Translations under genes and position numbers: made by a program
From: Saprospirales bacterium
Lineage (GTDB): Bacteria; Bacteroidota; Bacteroidia; Chitinophagales; CAMDFR01
Direction: 5' to 3'
Assembly (NCBI GenBank): GCA_947464015.1
Contig: CANHVE010000001.1
Location: 1 to 51,810, forward strand
Length of the DNA stretch: 51,810 nucleotides
Part shown: in pieces, positions 11,012 to 20,790 of the stretch
Layout: each line of letters begins with the position of its first letter
Position numbering within the stretch: position 1 is the stretch's first letter
The notes under the pieces: generated by a model
What the model was told of the DNA's origin: nothing
The model's database searches: none
The model's input: the letters and a program-made list of their open reading frames with translations, nothing else

Positions 11012-11620
11012 TTATTTTGCAGCTGCAAATCTTCTATTCACTTCATCCCAATTAATCAAATTGTAGAAAGAAGCGATATAATCAGGTCTGCGATTTTGAT
11101 AATGTAAATAATAAGCATGTTCCCATACATCAATACCTAATATCGGAGTGCCTGGGCATTCAGAGATATCCATGGTTGGATTATCTTGATTAGGTGAAGA
11201 ACAAACACATAAGCTTTTATCTGCTTTTACACATAACCAAGCCCAACCTGAGCCAAATCTTGTAGTTGCTGCTTTTGTAAATTCTTCTTTGAATTTATCG
11301 TATGAACCAAAAGCGGTATTGATTGCATCTGCAATAGCGCCTGTAGGATTTCCACCTGCATTTGGTCCAATCACTGTCCAGAATAATGAATGGTTGAAAT
11401 GTCCACCTCCATTGTTTCTCACAGCAGGACTTAATTTTGAAATATTAGCCATCAACTCTTCGATGCTTTTGTTTTCCCATTCTGTTCCAGCAATAGCAGC
11501 ATTTAAGTTGGTTACATAAGCATTGTGGTGTTTGCTATGATGTATTTCCATAGTGCGTGCATCGATATGTGGCTCTAATGCAGCATATTCATAAGGTAAT
11601 TTTGGTAATTCGAATGCCAT
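11012..11620 (-). CDS. sodA: Superoxide dismutase, Mn/Fe family (Mn-type or cambialistic residues)
   Basis: [40 protein letters not shown]. Confidence 0.93.
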   Translation of the reverse strand: MAFELPKLPYEYAALEPHIDARTMEIHHSKHHNAYVTNLNAAIAGTEWENKSIEELMANISKLSPAVRNNGGGHFNHSLFWTVIGPNAGGNPTGAIADAINTAFGSYDKFKEEFTKAATTRFGSGWAWLCVKADKSLCVCSSPNQDNPTMDISECPGTPILGIDVWEHAYYLHYQNRRPDYIASFYNLINWDEVNRRFAAAK

Positions 11621-11664
11621 ATTTTTAATTTTTTTAGATGAATGAATAATTTGTATTTCTATAG

Positions 11665-11690
11665 AACAAAGCTAAATAGAAATATGTTCA
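11665..11690 (-). promoter_or_regulatory. ECF-type promoter candidate TGAAC-N16-TTGTT overlapping a TAGCTTTG -7 box
   Basis: Same motif and spacing upstream of iscA (29308-29333). Confidence 0.55.
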
Positions 11691-11712
11691 ATTTAGAATA
11701 AAAATAGTGGTT

Positions 11713-13221
11713 CTAAATTTTAATGAGTTTATAGCAGCTATCGCCACATTTTAGAAAATAAAATCCATTCGAAAGATTTGATAAATCAATAGAATATTCA
11801 TACTCCTTATAAATTTTATAATTATTCATTACATTTCCAATAGCATCATATAAAGTGATATCGCCACTATACGCATGATCAAATGCTATTTGAACCCACG
11901 AATTTGTAGGATTAGGCATTATTTGTAAGTGTGAGGAAGCCAATTCTTCTTCTATCGCATTTGTACATACCACACTATGACTATTCAGCGATGCTAATGC
12001 GGATGTTCTTCTACCCCGAATAAAACTTTTTAATCCAAAAGCATCTAAGCCACCAGGACCTGACATGAATACTGTAGTATCGATATTGGTTTCGAATTGT
12101 GCATTCGTAGTGGTTTTTTTCGGATCGGCATAGACACTGCTTTTGATTAAATCATATAATGAATCGATCTTTGGTTCGAAATAGCTGATACTAAAATCGT
12201 CTAACAACTCGCAATAGGCCTGATTATAGGCATTTTTATAGGTGGTATTCAGTAGCATATTGTTACATAAAGGTCTACTATTAGTAGGCGTACTGATATA
12301 ATACATATCTAAGTTCAATAGCTGAGAAGCTGTTAACCCATTTTTAAAATTACCAAAGGCTTCATTATTATCCCAACCAATCCATTCAAATTTATCAGTA
12401 ATTGTATCGTGATAAATATAATAATTATGTCCACTACCAATATAAGAATCTAAACTGCTAAATAAATTGATAGTAGCCCATTGTTTAATGAAATTGGAAC
12501 TGTTTAGTTTCGCTTCTAATGCAGTGTTTAATGTAGCTGTAGGAGTATTGTTTATGATGTTTATCAATTCAATTAAATCACTCCAATCATTAGCAGTACT
12601 ATTGTTTTCTAAGTCGTAGTTAGGTTCGTATAAACTTTGTGTGCTAGAACCTTTCCAAGCTAAATCTCCTCTAGGGTCGCCTTGAAATAAATTACCATCT
12701 TTATTCGAAAACCATCGTTTGCAAAATTCATCATCAATTGCTTCAACAATGGTATATAATCCCCACAATTGCCCATTCATATAAACATTGCAATAAGTGG
12801 TTCGTGGAGCTGGTAAACCATGTGCTCGTAAAAAATCATTGACTATTTTTTCGCGCATCATCGTTGGGTCTTTAAAACTATTATTGAAATTTAATTTTTT
12901 CAATCCATGAATATCTTGCCCATTCACAAATTCATTGATATCTAATTTGAATGATTTTTTTTGTCCAGGTCCACTAAAAGAAGAATTTCCTTTAGCCTGT
13001 ATCCCAATGCTATCATAATGTTCGCTGTTAAAATCGACCGATACCATTAAGTATTGGTCGGTAGTATTCGTGTTTAATAATGAATCATAAAATGTACTAT
13101 ATGGATAGGTGATTCGTAGCGTATGTATGGTCCATGGATTAAATATTGAATCGCCATTGGCTGCTTGGCTTGTTATAAAAAAGCATGAAAGTAATACGAT
13201 AAGGTAAATTTTTCTAATCAT
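11713..13221 (-). CDS. CotH kinase family protein with T9SS C-terminal sorting domain
   Basis: Signal peptide; KGNSS..KKSFKLD, LNFNNSFKDPTMMRE, GLYTIVEAID, HNYYIY, WDNNEAF; CTD IMPNPT...LSNGFYFLK...KLIKI. Confidence 0.9.
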   Translation of the reverse strand: MIRKIYLIVLLSCFFITSQAANGDSIFNPWTIHTLRITYPYSTFYDSLLNTNTTDQYLMVSVDFNSEHYDSIGIQAKGNSSFSGPGQKKSFKLDINEFVNGQDIHGLKKLNFNNSFKDPTMMREKIVNDFLRAHGLPAPRTTYCNVYMNGQLWGLYTIVEAIDDEFCKRWFSNKDGNLFQGDPRGDLAWKGSSTQSLYEPNYDLENNSTANDWSDLIELINIINNTPTATLNTALEAKLNSSNFIKQWATINLFSSLDSYIGSGHNYYIYHDTITDKFEWIGWDNNEAFGNFKNGLTASQLLNLDMYYISTPTNSRPLCNNMLLNTTYKNAYNQAYCELLDDFSISYFEPKIDSLYDLIKSSVYADPKKTTTNAQFETNIDTTVFMSGPGGLDAFGLKSFIRGRRTSALASLNSHSVVCTNAIEEELASSHLQIMPNPTNSWVQIAFDHAYSGDITLYDAIGNVMNNYKIYKEYEYSIDLSNLSNGFYFLKCGDSCYKLIKI

Positions 13222-13291
13222 GATAAACTATAATTATGAAGTATAAATGCTACTTAAAAATACTTATAAAAAGTCGTTATTCAAAGTAATA

Positions 13292-13483
13292 TTATTCTTC
13301 TTGTATAGCTTGATTGCTTTCCTTTTCTACTTTTCGTAATTTTTTTTCACAAATAGCAATCCAGTCTTTTGCTTCTTTTATCTTGTTGGCAAGTTGTTCA
13401 AGTGCTATATCCCCATTTTCTAATTCTTCCACTAATGCTTCTAACTTTGTATAGGCTTCTTTATAAGTAATTTCTTTTTTCAT
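13292..13483 (-). CDS. xseB: Exodeoxyribonuclease VII small subunit
   Basis: YKEAYTKLEALVEELENGDIALEQL; start moved to ATG at 13483; overlaps xseA end. Confidence 0.9.
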   Translation of the reverse strand: MKKEITYKEAYTKLEALVEELENGDIALEQLANKIKEAKDWIAICEKKLRKVEKESNQAIQEE

Positions 13484-14618
13484 TTTTTTCTTTTTTTTGA
13501 ATAACACTTTCTACTATTTCATCTTTTAAATAGGTGTTTATACTACTTCCTATTTTAATTTTTTTAGGGTCTGTAATAATTTCACCTGCTTGCTTGACGA
13601 TCGCAAATCCTCTGTTTAATATCGCTTCAGGACTAGCTAGTTTGATGATACGTTTGGAATATGCCAATGCTTCTTTTGCTTCGGTAACTTGTGTTTCTAT
13701 ATTATTGAATATTCGTTCTTTTAAACGTAGTAATCGATTCTCAAATTCGAAATTATGCTCTACTATATATGCTGCAACTTTTGTTGGTGTTTTAAATTCT
13801 CTCGCCATCAAATCTACGATGCTCTGATTCCTATCATGTCCAATGCCAGTATAAATAGGAATAGGGAAATTGGCTATCTTATTGGCTAATTCGAATTGAT
13901 CAAAGGGTTTAAAATCGCCCAAAGAACCACCTCCTCTAACAATCACCACTAGATCATATGGATGTTTTTTTTGCTCTATCAAAGCTAATTGCTCCATAAT
14001 TAATTGAGGTGCTTGTTCGCCTTGTATGGTACATAAATATTCATCTATATGAAAAGTGTATGCATGTTTATTTTTTGATAATTCTTGTAGAAAATCTCTT
14101 TGTCCATCAGAGTTGGTAGCTGTTATAAAAGCAATGTTTTCAATCACTAAAGGGATAGGTAGCTGATTGTTGTAAGTGAAATATTGTCCGTCAATTTCTT
14201 TTATACTTGTTGGATTGGATAGTAATAGTCTATCTAATGTTTGTTGTCGCTCAAGCTCTAAAGCCCCTAATTTATGAGCTATATCGAGTTGTATGATATC
14301 TAAATTGAGTCCGTATATCTTATGAAATCGAACTTTCACTTTACAAATAATTTCAGTGCCATCTTTGAATGGTTGTTGAATATATTTTTCAAATTTTTCT
14401 ATTTCACTATAATAATTCGACCAAAACACCGCTTTCATTTCAGCTATTTTGTTGCCGTTTTTAGTTTCTTCTAAGTTTAAATAACAACGTCTACTGCTCT
14501 CGTATTTCTTTACATTCATTATTCGTGCAGATACCCAATAAGACTCTTGCTCAAATTGATTTTGTATGGTTTGTTGTATTTGCTCTGCTAGTGCAGATAG
14601 TGGGATATGTTCTTGCAT
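13461..14618 (-). CDS. xseA: Exodeoxyribonuclease VII large subunit (short form)
   Basis: OB fold N-terminus, VVIVRGGGS, TGIGHDRN, KTPTKVAA, SPEAILNRGFAIV. Confidence 0.9.
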   Translation of the reverse strand: MQEHIPLSALAEQIQQTIQNQFEQESYWVSARIMNVKKYESSRRCYLNLEETKNGNKIAEMKAVFWSNYYSEIEKFEKYIQQPFKDGTEIICKVKVRFHKIYGLNLDIIQLDIAHKLGALELERQQTLDRLLLSNPTSIKEIDGQYFTYNNQLPIPLVIENIAFITATNSDGQRDFLQELSKNKHAYTFHIDEYLCTIQGEQAPQLIMEQLALIEQKKHPYDLVVIVRGGGSLGDFKPFDQFELANKIANFPIPIYTGIGHDRNQSIVDLMAREFKTPTKVAAYIVEHNFEFENRLLRLKERIFNNIETQVTEAKEALAYSKRIIKLASPEAILNRGFAIVKQAGEIITDPKKIKIGSSINTYLKDEIVESVIQKKEKNEKRNYL

Positions 14619-14647
14619 GGTTTATATTGGGAGTAGCTGCTACTCAG

Positions 14648-15424
14648 TTATTTTTCATCTTTTAAAAAAGGAAGATTATTTCTTATTTCATAAAGTTTAT
14701 CATATTCATAATCCATATAATTTATTTTTTCTTCATGTGTCGTTTGATATAATATTTCCCCTAATGCATCGCAACTCATACTGTCGCCACTATGATATAT
14801 TTGATTCCCATCGTCGCCAATTCTGTTTACACCAATAACATAAGCTTGATTTTCTATCGCTCTAGCTTGTAATAAAGTTTTCCATGCTGTATTTCTTCGT
14901 TCTGGCCAATTAGCAGGAATAATCAGTATATCATAATCATATATATTTTCGTTTACATGATTTCTTAGCCAAGTAGGGAATCTCAAATCATAACAAATAG
15001 CAGGTCTTATTTTCCAACCTTCATATTCAATCGTCACTTGTTTTTCTCCAGCACTATAATGTGCTTCTTCGTGTGCTAAAGTGAATAAATGTTTTTTATC
15101 ATAATGCAGAATCATCCCATCTGGTTGAACCCAAACAAATCGATTATAAAATTGATTTTGTTCTTTTAAAATAATACTGCCACAGATAACAAATTTATAA
15201 GTGTTTGCCATCACAGAAAGCCACATGAGAGTATCTCCACTCATTCGTTCTGCAAATTTTTCAGGCTTCATGCTAAAACCCGTTGTAAACATTTCAGGCA
15301 ATACAACAAGGTCTGTTCCTGCTTCTATTTGCTTAAATAAATTGGTAAATTTAGTGACGTTTTGAAGTTTGTCTTCCCAATGTAAAGCCGTTTGAATACT
15401 GGCAATTTTAAGTATTTTTTTCAT
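14648..15424 (-). CDS. Omega-amidase (YafV/Nit2-like, nitrilase family)
   Basis: VVLPEMFTTGF, YDKKHLF, ICYDLRFP catalytic E-K-C triad; ARAIENQ. Confidence 0.9.
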   Translation of the reverse strand: MKKILKIASIQTALHWEDKLQNVTKFTNLFKQIEAGTDLVVLPEMFTTGFSMKPEKFAERMSGDTLMWLSVMANTYKFVICGSIILKEQNQFYNRFVWVQPDGMILHYDKKHLFTLAHEEAHYSAGEKQVTIEYEGWKIRPAICYDLRFPTWLRNHVNENIYDYDILIIPANWPERRNTAWKTLLQARAIENQAYVIGVNRIGDDGNQIYHSGDSMSCDALGEILYQTTHEEKINYMDYEYDKLYEIRNNLPFLKDEK

Positions 15425-15454
15425 CTATTTTTTCAGTTTCTTTACGACCATTTT

Positions 15455-16600
15455 CTATATTTTATTTAATATTTCTAGTCCCTTATCCAACAAGTCGTTT
15501 GTTTTAGCAAAACAAAATCGTAATACTTTATGATCGGTTCCCTTACTATAAAAGGAAGATAAAGGAATCGAAGCTATTTTGTTTTCAATTGTTAAACGTT
15601 TCGCAAAATCTAAATCTTTTTCTTCACTAATATTTTCATAAGAGAGCAATTGAAAATAACTTCCCTCGCAAGCAATCGGTTTAAATCTAGACTGACCAAT
15701 ACCTTTCAAGAAGTAATTTCTTTTTTCTTCATAAAATTTTGCTAAATCCAAATAGTCATCACTCTCGTTCATATAAGCAGCTATCGCATATTGAATGGGT
15801 GTATTGACAGAGAACACATTAAATTGATGGGCTTTTCTAAATTCACGCATCAATGGAGCAGCCGCTATACAATAGCCTATTTTCCAGCCAGTGACATGAT
15901 AGCTTTTTCCAAAAGAATAACAGATAAAACTTCGTTCCATCAATTTAGGATATTTTAAAATGCTTTCATGTGTTTTTTTATCATATACCAAATGCTCATA
16001 TACTTCATCACTCAGAATAATGATATCTGTTCCCGAAGTTAATTTTTCAAGCATCAACAAATCTTCTCTCTTCAAAATTTTAGTAGCAGGATTATTCGGA
16101 TTATTGATGATGATCATTTTTGTTCGCGTATTAATCAATTTGGCTACATGCTTCCAATTGATTTCATAAGTGGGATATTCTAATTCTATATACTTAGGAA
16201 TGCCTCCCGATAGCAGGATGGCTGGTGCATAACAATCATATGCAGGTTCGAAAATAATGACTTCATCTCCTTCCTTAATGGAGCAATTTATCGCTGTGAA
16301 TATAGCTTGTGTTCCACCAGCAGTAATAGTGATTTCTTCTTGTATATCAATCTCTGTATTATATAGTTTTTTTATTTTTTGTGCTAAAGCTTGACGTAAT
16401 TCTAATACCCCAGGCATAGGTGCATATTGATTATAATCTTTCTGAATAAATTCATGCACTAAGTTTTTTAGTCGTTCATTACAACTGTAATTTGGAAATC
16501 CTTGTGATAAATTGATGGCTTGATATTCATTGGCAAGAGCACTCATTACCGAAAAAATAGTAGTACCTACTTTAGGAAGTTTAGATCTGTTAGATAGCAT
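15455..16600 (-). CDS. Methionine/glutamine aminotransferase (YbdL-like, PLP class I/II)
   Basis: SKLPKVGTTIF, AINLSQGFP, SDEVYEH, SFGKSYHVTGWKIGY, LRFCFAK. Confidence 0.92.
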   Translation of the reverse strand: MLSNRSKLPKVGTTIFSVMSALANEYQAINLSQGFPNYSCNERLKNLVHEFIQKDYNQYAPMPGVLELRQALAQKIKKLYNTEIDIQEEITITAGGTQAIFTAINCSIKEGDEVIIFEPAYDCYAPAILLSGGIPKYIELEYPTYEINWKHVAKLINTRTKMIIINNPNNPATKILKREDLLMLEKLTSGTDIIILSDEVYEHLVYDKKTHESILKYPKLMERSFICYSFGKSYHVTGWKIGYCIAAAPLMREFRKAHQFNVFSVNTPIQYAIAAYMNESDDYLDLAKFYEEKRNYFLKGIGQSRFKPIACEGSYFQLLSYENISEEKDLDFAKRLTIENKIASIPLSSFYSKGTDHKVLRFCFAKTNDLLDKGLEILNKI

Positions 16601-16649
16601 GGTCTTTATTTTAAACTAAAATAAGAAATAAAAATCAAAGAAATAAAAA

Positions 16650-17657
16650 TCAATTTTCAAATACTGCGAAATCTTTTTGATTCTTTACCGATTGTAAAAA
16701 AGCCTCAGTTGTATCTTTTATTGTTTTGTCAAGCGGAATGAATTTATAGTTAAGGGCTTTGATGATTTTACTATTATCGTAATTGGCTTGTAAATTGGCC
16801 AGTTGTATAGTTTCACTTGTAATCATCCTAGTATGTCCTGTAAACAAAGTTTGTAAAAAATCGCTTGCTATAGCTACTTCTCCCAGTATTTTATTTACTT
16901 TGTATTGAGGAGCTTTACGATTCATTTTTTGTGCAATAGCAGTAAAAAAGTTCTTAAACGATTCATTATATCCACTTAAAATAAATTTGTCGTTTATGAT
17001 ATCACTATCCATCAATTGAATCATGCAATCTACCACATCTCTTACATCTACAAATCCTACAACTCCATCTGTATAAAAAGGTAATCCTTTATGTATATTG
17101 CTGAAAAAACTACCACTTCCTTCATTCCAGAAACCTGCTCCGATAATTGTTCCAGGGTTCACTATGATAGTATCAATTCCTTCTGTCATGGCTCTATATG
17201 CTTCTCGTTCAGCCATGAATTTACTCTTTCCATAATGCGCTGGATATGGATTAGTGCTCCACTCGCTATTTTCATCAATTGTTTCTCCATGCTTTGGTGA
17301 TGGTAATGCCGCGATACTACTAACATGTAAATACTTCTTCACTCCATGAAATAAGGAAACATTCACTATATTCGCTGTACCTTCAGCATGTACTTTATAC
17401 ATGAGAGCTCTAGATTTTTTATCAAATGAAATTTTAGCTGCACAATGAAATACCTTACTCACCCCTTTCATAGCTATTTCTAAAGATGGAATATCTAAAA
17501 TATCGCCTTCATGCCATATAATTTGTGAAGCATATTTGCCTAATAAATCCATACGAGTACTCGGTCTTTTTAAGGATACAACCGTTTCTCCTCTATCGAT
17601 TAATTTTTTGGCTAAATAAGAACCAACAAATCCAGATGCGCCTGTAATAAAATTCAT
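16650..17657 (-). CDS. NAD-dependent epimerase/dehydratase (extended SDR)
   Basis: TGASGFVG, HVSSIAA, YGKSK. Confidence 0.88.
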   Translation of the reverse strand: MNFITGASGFVGSYLAKKLIDRGETVVSLKRPSTRMDLLGKYASQIIWHEGDILDIPSLEIAMKGVSKVFHCAAKISFDKKSRALMYKVHAEGTANIVNVSLFHGVKKYLHVSSIAALPSPKHGETIDENSEWSTNPYPAHYGKSKFMAEREAYRAMTEGIDTIIVNPGTIIGAGFWNEGSGSFFSNIHKGLPFYTDGVVGFVDVRDVVDCMIQLMDSDIINDKFILSGYNESFKNFFTAIAQKMNRKAPQYKVNKILGEVAIASDFLQTLFTGHTRMITSETIQLANLQANYDNSKIIKALNYKFIPLDKTIKDTTEAFLQSVKNQKDFAVFEN

Positions 17658-17680
17658 ATGCTCAATATTAAAGTACGAAT

Positions 17681-18301
17681 CTACTTTCTTTTTAGGATAC
17701 TCGTTTGGAAATTTTGTAAGGTGTTAAATGGGGTTTCATGATCATGATAAGATTGATATATAATTTCAAAATTCGACTCAAATAATAAAGCTATATCCTC
17801 ATGATTATAAGAACTGATATCCAAACCACTACACTTAAGTGGTCCATTTTTCGAAAAAGTAGATAACATTAAATAACCTCCTTTTTCGATATGCTTAGCT
17901 GTTTGTTGAATGTAAATTTCAATTTCAGAGGGATCTCTTAAAAAATGAAATACTGCTCTATCATGCCATAGCTTATAGTTTTTATTCGGTGAAAACAAAC
18001 AAATATCACTAGCTATCCATTCAATTGCAGGTTGTAAATGGGAAAAGTTTTTTTTGTTTTTTTCTATTGCTATATTCGAAATATCTACTCCTGTTAAGTG
18101 ATGAAACCCTTCCTTATGCAAGTTTTCAAGTAATTTACTTTCGCCACATCCTACATCAATGATAGCGACATCTTTCGGTAGATTTAATTTGTTTATTAAA
18201 TCTATAAAATAGCTAGGTTTATCTTGATACCAACTTACTTCTTCAAATGATTTGGTAGCATATACTTTTTCCCAATGATTTACTTTGTCTGTATTATTCA
18301 T
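17681..18301 (-). CDS. Class I SAM-dependent methyltransferase
   Basis: HWEKVY..VSWYQ, IIDVGCG, WHDRAVFHFL, GPLKCSGL. Confidence 0.88.
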   Translation of the reverse strand: MNNTDKVNHWEKVYATKSFEEVSWYQDKPSYFIDLINKLNLPKDVAIIDVGCGESKLLENLHKEGFHHLTGVDISNIAIEKNKKNFSHLQPAIEWIASDICLFSPNKNYKLWHDRAVFHFLRDPSEIEIYIQQTAKHIEKGGYLMLSTFSKNGPLKCSGLDISSYNHEDIALLFESNFEIIYQSYHDHETPFNTLQNFQTSILKRK

Positions 18302-19078
18302 TTATTCAGCTTTATCTCTAGTAAAAATCCACTTATTGTCTTTGCTTAATTTACTATTAAATACATATCCATGCTCATTAAATTCTTTCAAGTCTTTGCT
18401 TTTTTCAATCTTATTTTTTATTAGATAAGAAGCCATATATCCACGTGCTTTTTTTGCAAAAAAGCCAATCATTTTATAGTCAGCCCCTTTTTTATCTTTG
18501 AATTCACAATGTATACAAGGGTGTTGTAAAGATTTTTCTTTCACTACTTTAAAATATTCTTCAGACGCTAAATTGATTAATGTTTTTTCTTTATGTGAAG
18601 CTAATTGTTCATTGATATAATCATTTACTTTCGAATCCCAAAACTGATATAAGTTTTTAGATTTACCTATGCAGATACTCGTTCCCATTTCTAATCTATA
18701 AGGCTGTATTAAGTCTAATGGTCTTAAATATCCATGTAATCCGGATAATATTAATAGATGATTTTGAGCAAATGTAAAATCTTTTTCTTTAAATGTATTT
18801 GCTTCTAATCCTAGATATACATCTCCTTTAAATGCTAAGATGGCTTGTTTGGCATTTGTTAAGTCAAATTCTTTATGCCAAGTTTGATATCTCTCAACAT
18901 TTAAGTCTGCAAGTTTATCACTTAAATCCATCAAATGTGCTATTTTCTTAGAACTTAGGCGTGCTAATTTATCTATAATTTGTTCTGATAAATTTAATTG
19001 ATCTGGTATACTGTGCTTTTTAGCAATTGGCGCTGTCTCAAAATCTAAAGTTTTTGCTGGAGATAAAACTGCAATCAT
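18302..19078 (-). CDS. yaaA: Peroxide stress protein YaaA (DUF328)
   Basis: LSPAKTLD, FKGDVY, RPLDLIQPYRLEMG, NLASEEY, AKKARG. Confidence 0.95.
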   Translation of the reverse strand: MIAVLSPAKTLDFETAPIAKKHSIPDQLNLSEQIIDKLARLSSKKIAHLMDLSDKLADLNVERYQTWHKEFDLTNAKQAILAFKGDVYLGLEANTFKEKDFTFAQNHLLILSGLHGYLRPLDLIQPYRLEMGTSICIGKSKNLYQFWDSKVNDYINEQLASHKEKTLINLASEEYFKVVKEKSLQHPCIHCEFKDKKGADYKMIGFFAKKARGYMASYLIKNKIEKSKDLKEFNEHGYVFNSKLSKDNKWIFTRDKAE

Positions 19079-19130
19079 AATATCAAATTTATACGTATAA
19101 CAAATCTATGAAATAATAGTTTCTTTAGAA

Positions 19131-20732
19131 CTAAGTTTTTTTAATACTTATCGTAAAAGTACTTCCTTTATTGATTTCACTTTGAATATTTATGATCCCT
19201 TTATGTTTTTCAATAATTTTATTCGCTATTGTCAATCCTAGTCCGGTACCTGAATACTCATTTTTATTATGCAGCCTTGCAAAAGCTTCAAATATTTTTG
19301 AACGGTAAGCTTCTTCAATGCCAATACCATTATCGCTAATATCAATATGAATATATAACGGACTTATTCTACTTTGAATATGAACTGTAGGTCTATCCGA
19401 TTTATTATATTTTAGTCCATTCAGTATGATGTTTTGTATCAATAATTCAAGCATTTGTTTGTCACCATACAATTCCGTGTCATTATATAATATAATTTCA
19501 CTATTATTTTCAATTAAAAATAATTCTAATTTATTTTTAATATTATTTACTAATTGCGAAAGATTTACTTGTTCGAAGCGTAATTCGTAATCATGTAATT
19601 TGGTGTATGAAAATAAATTAGATACTAAATCATACATGTTCTCTGCGGCTTTCAGAGAGGTTGTAATATAATCACGCACCGAATCATTGTTCTCTTGCAA
19701 TTTATTCAATAACATTTTTTGATAGATGATAATCATTCGTAGAGGCTCTTTCATATCATGAGATGCAATAAATGAAAAAGTCATCAAGTCTTGATTTTTT
19801 GCTACCACTTCATTAGTCTTATCGTTAAGCATGTTTTGGAACTCCACTCGTTTAGTAACTTTTCTAGAGTTGAGTAATACTTGATTTGCATTGGATAGTT
19901 TTATATTAAACTCATACCAATCATTTGTGCCATTGGCGTTGATAATATTGAATAAATACGAGTTGTTTTCAATCGTTTTATTTTTTAAATCATCATTATA
20001 TCTTTTCACTTCATCATATGAAATAGGATTAATGATCTTAATCACATTTTTGCCAATTAAATCTTCTTGGCTATAACCGGTTAACTCTTTTATAGAAGGA
20101 CTGACGTATAAAACTTCTCCAGTTAAATTTTGAATACTTACAACATCTGATGAGTTTTCTGCCAATAATTTGTACTTAGCATCCAGTTCCTCATTCTCTT
20201 TTCGTCTACTGTTATTAATAGCAGATATGACAAAAATTAGCACAAATGAAGTTAATGCAGTAATATAATAATCGCTATAATCTGAACAGTTTGAATGATT
20301 GCCAATAATCAGTAATAAAATAAATAGTAAAATATTCACCAGTTGAAAAAATAAAAAGGCTCTATAGGTAATAAAATAAATACTTATAATTAAATAATAG
20401 ACTAAGTATTGATAAGCTAATCTGTCTTCAAAATAAGATAAATAGGTAAGTCCTAAGTTTACAATATTTATTATGTATGCAGCAACAAAGGAAAGAAAAT
20501 TTATATTCTTATAAGTGTTTTTAATAAAAAAAGTACTTAGAAATATAAAGAAGAAAACAACGGCCTCCATAAAATTTATTAGTTGGAGTACATGTGCATC
20601 ATTCTCTTTTATTTCATGAGGTAATAAGCTGAATATGATGAAATTGATAAAAGCTGCTAGTATAATAATCCGAAATGCACGGATATCTTGTTTGTCTTTA
20701 GGGAATAAATATAAATGCAGGTCTTTCAACAT
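19131..20732 (-). CDS. Membrane-bound PAS-domain sensor histidine kinase (orphan)
   Basis: About 6 TM helices, PAS (YVSPSIKELTGYS), H-box ASHDMKEPLR, NGLKY, DNGIGI, GTGLGL. Confidence 0.92.
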   Translation of the reverse strand: MLKDLHLYLFPKDKQDIRAFRIIILAAFINFIIFSLLPHEIKENDAHVLQLINFMEAVVFFFIFLSTFFIKNTYKNINFLSFVAAYIINIVNLGLTYLSYFEDRLAYQYLVYYLIISIYFITYRAFLFFQLVNILLFILLLIIGNHSNCSDYSDYYITALTSFVLIFVISAINNSRRKENEELDAKYKLLAENSSDVVSIQNLTGEVLYVSPSIKELTGYSQEDLIGKNVIKIINPISYDEVKRYNDDLKNKTIENNSYLFNIINANGTNDWYEFNIKLSNANQVLLNSRKVTKRVEFQNMLNDKTNEVVAKNQDLMTFSFIASHDMKEPLRMIIIYQKMLLNKLQENNDSVRDYITTSLKAAENMYDLVSNLFSYTKLHDYELRFEQVNLSQLVNNIKNKLELFLIENNSEIILYNDTELYGDKQMLELLIQNIILNGLKYNKSDRPTVHIQSRISPLYIHIDISDNGIGIEEAYRSKIFEAFARLHNKNEYSGTGLGLTIANKIIEKHKGIINIQSEINKGSTFTISIKKT

Positions 20733-20790
20733 AGATATACGTAAATATAATCATCTATCAACGATTATAAAAATATAATTGATTTTATTT

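Noticed and set aside
11691..11718. atttagaa...ttctaaat inverted repeat as a Fur/PerR-like box for sod
   Set aside because: The half-sites are 12 nt apart and one lies in the cotH stop region; spacing does not fit a compact operator.
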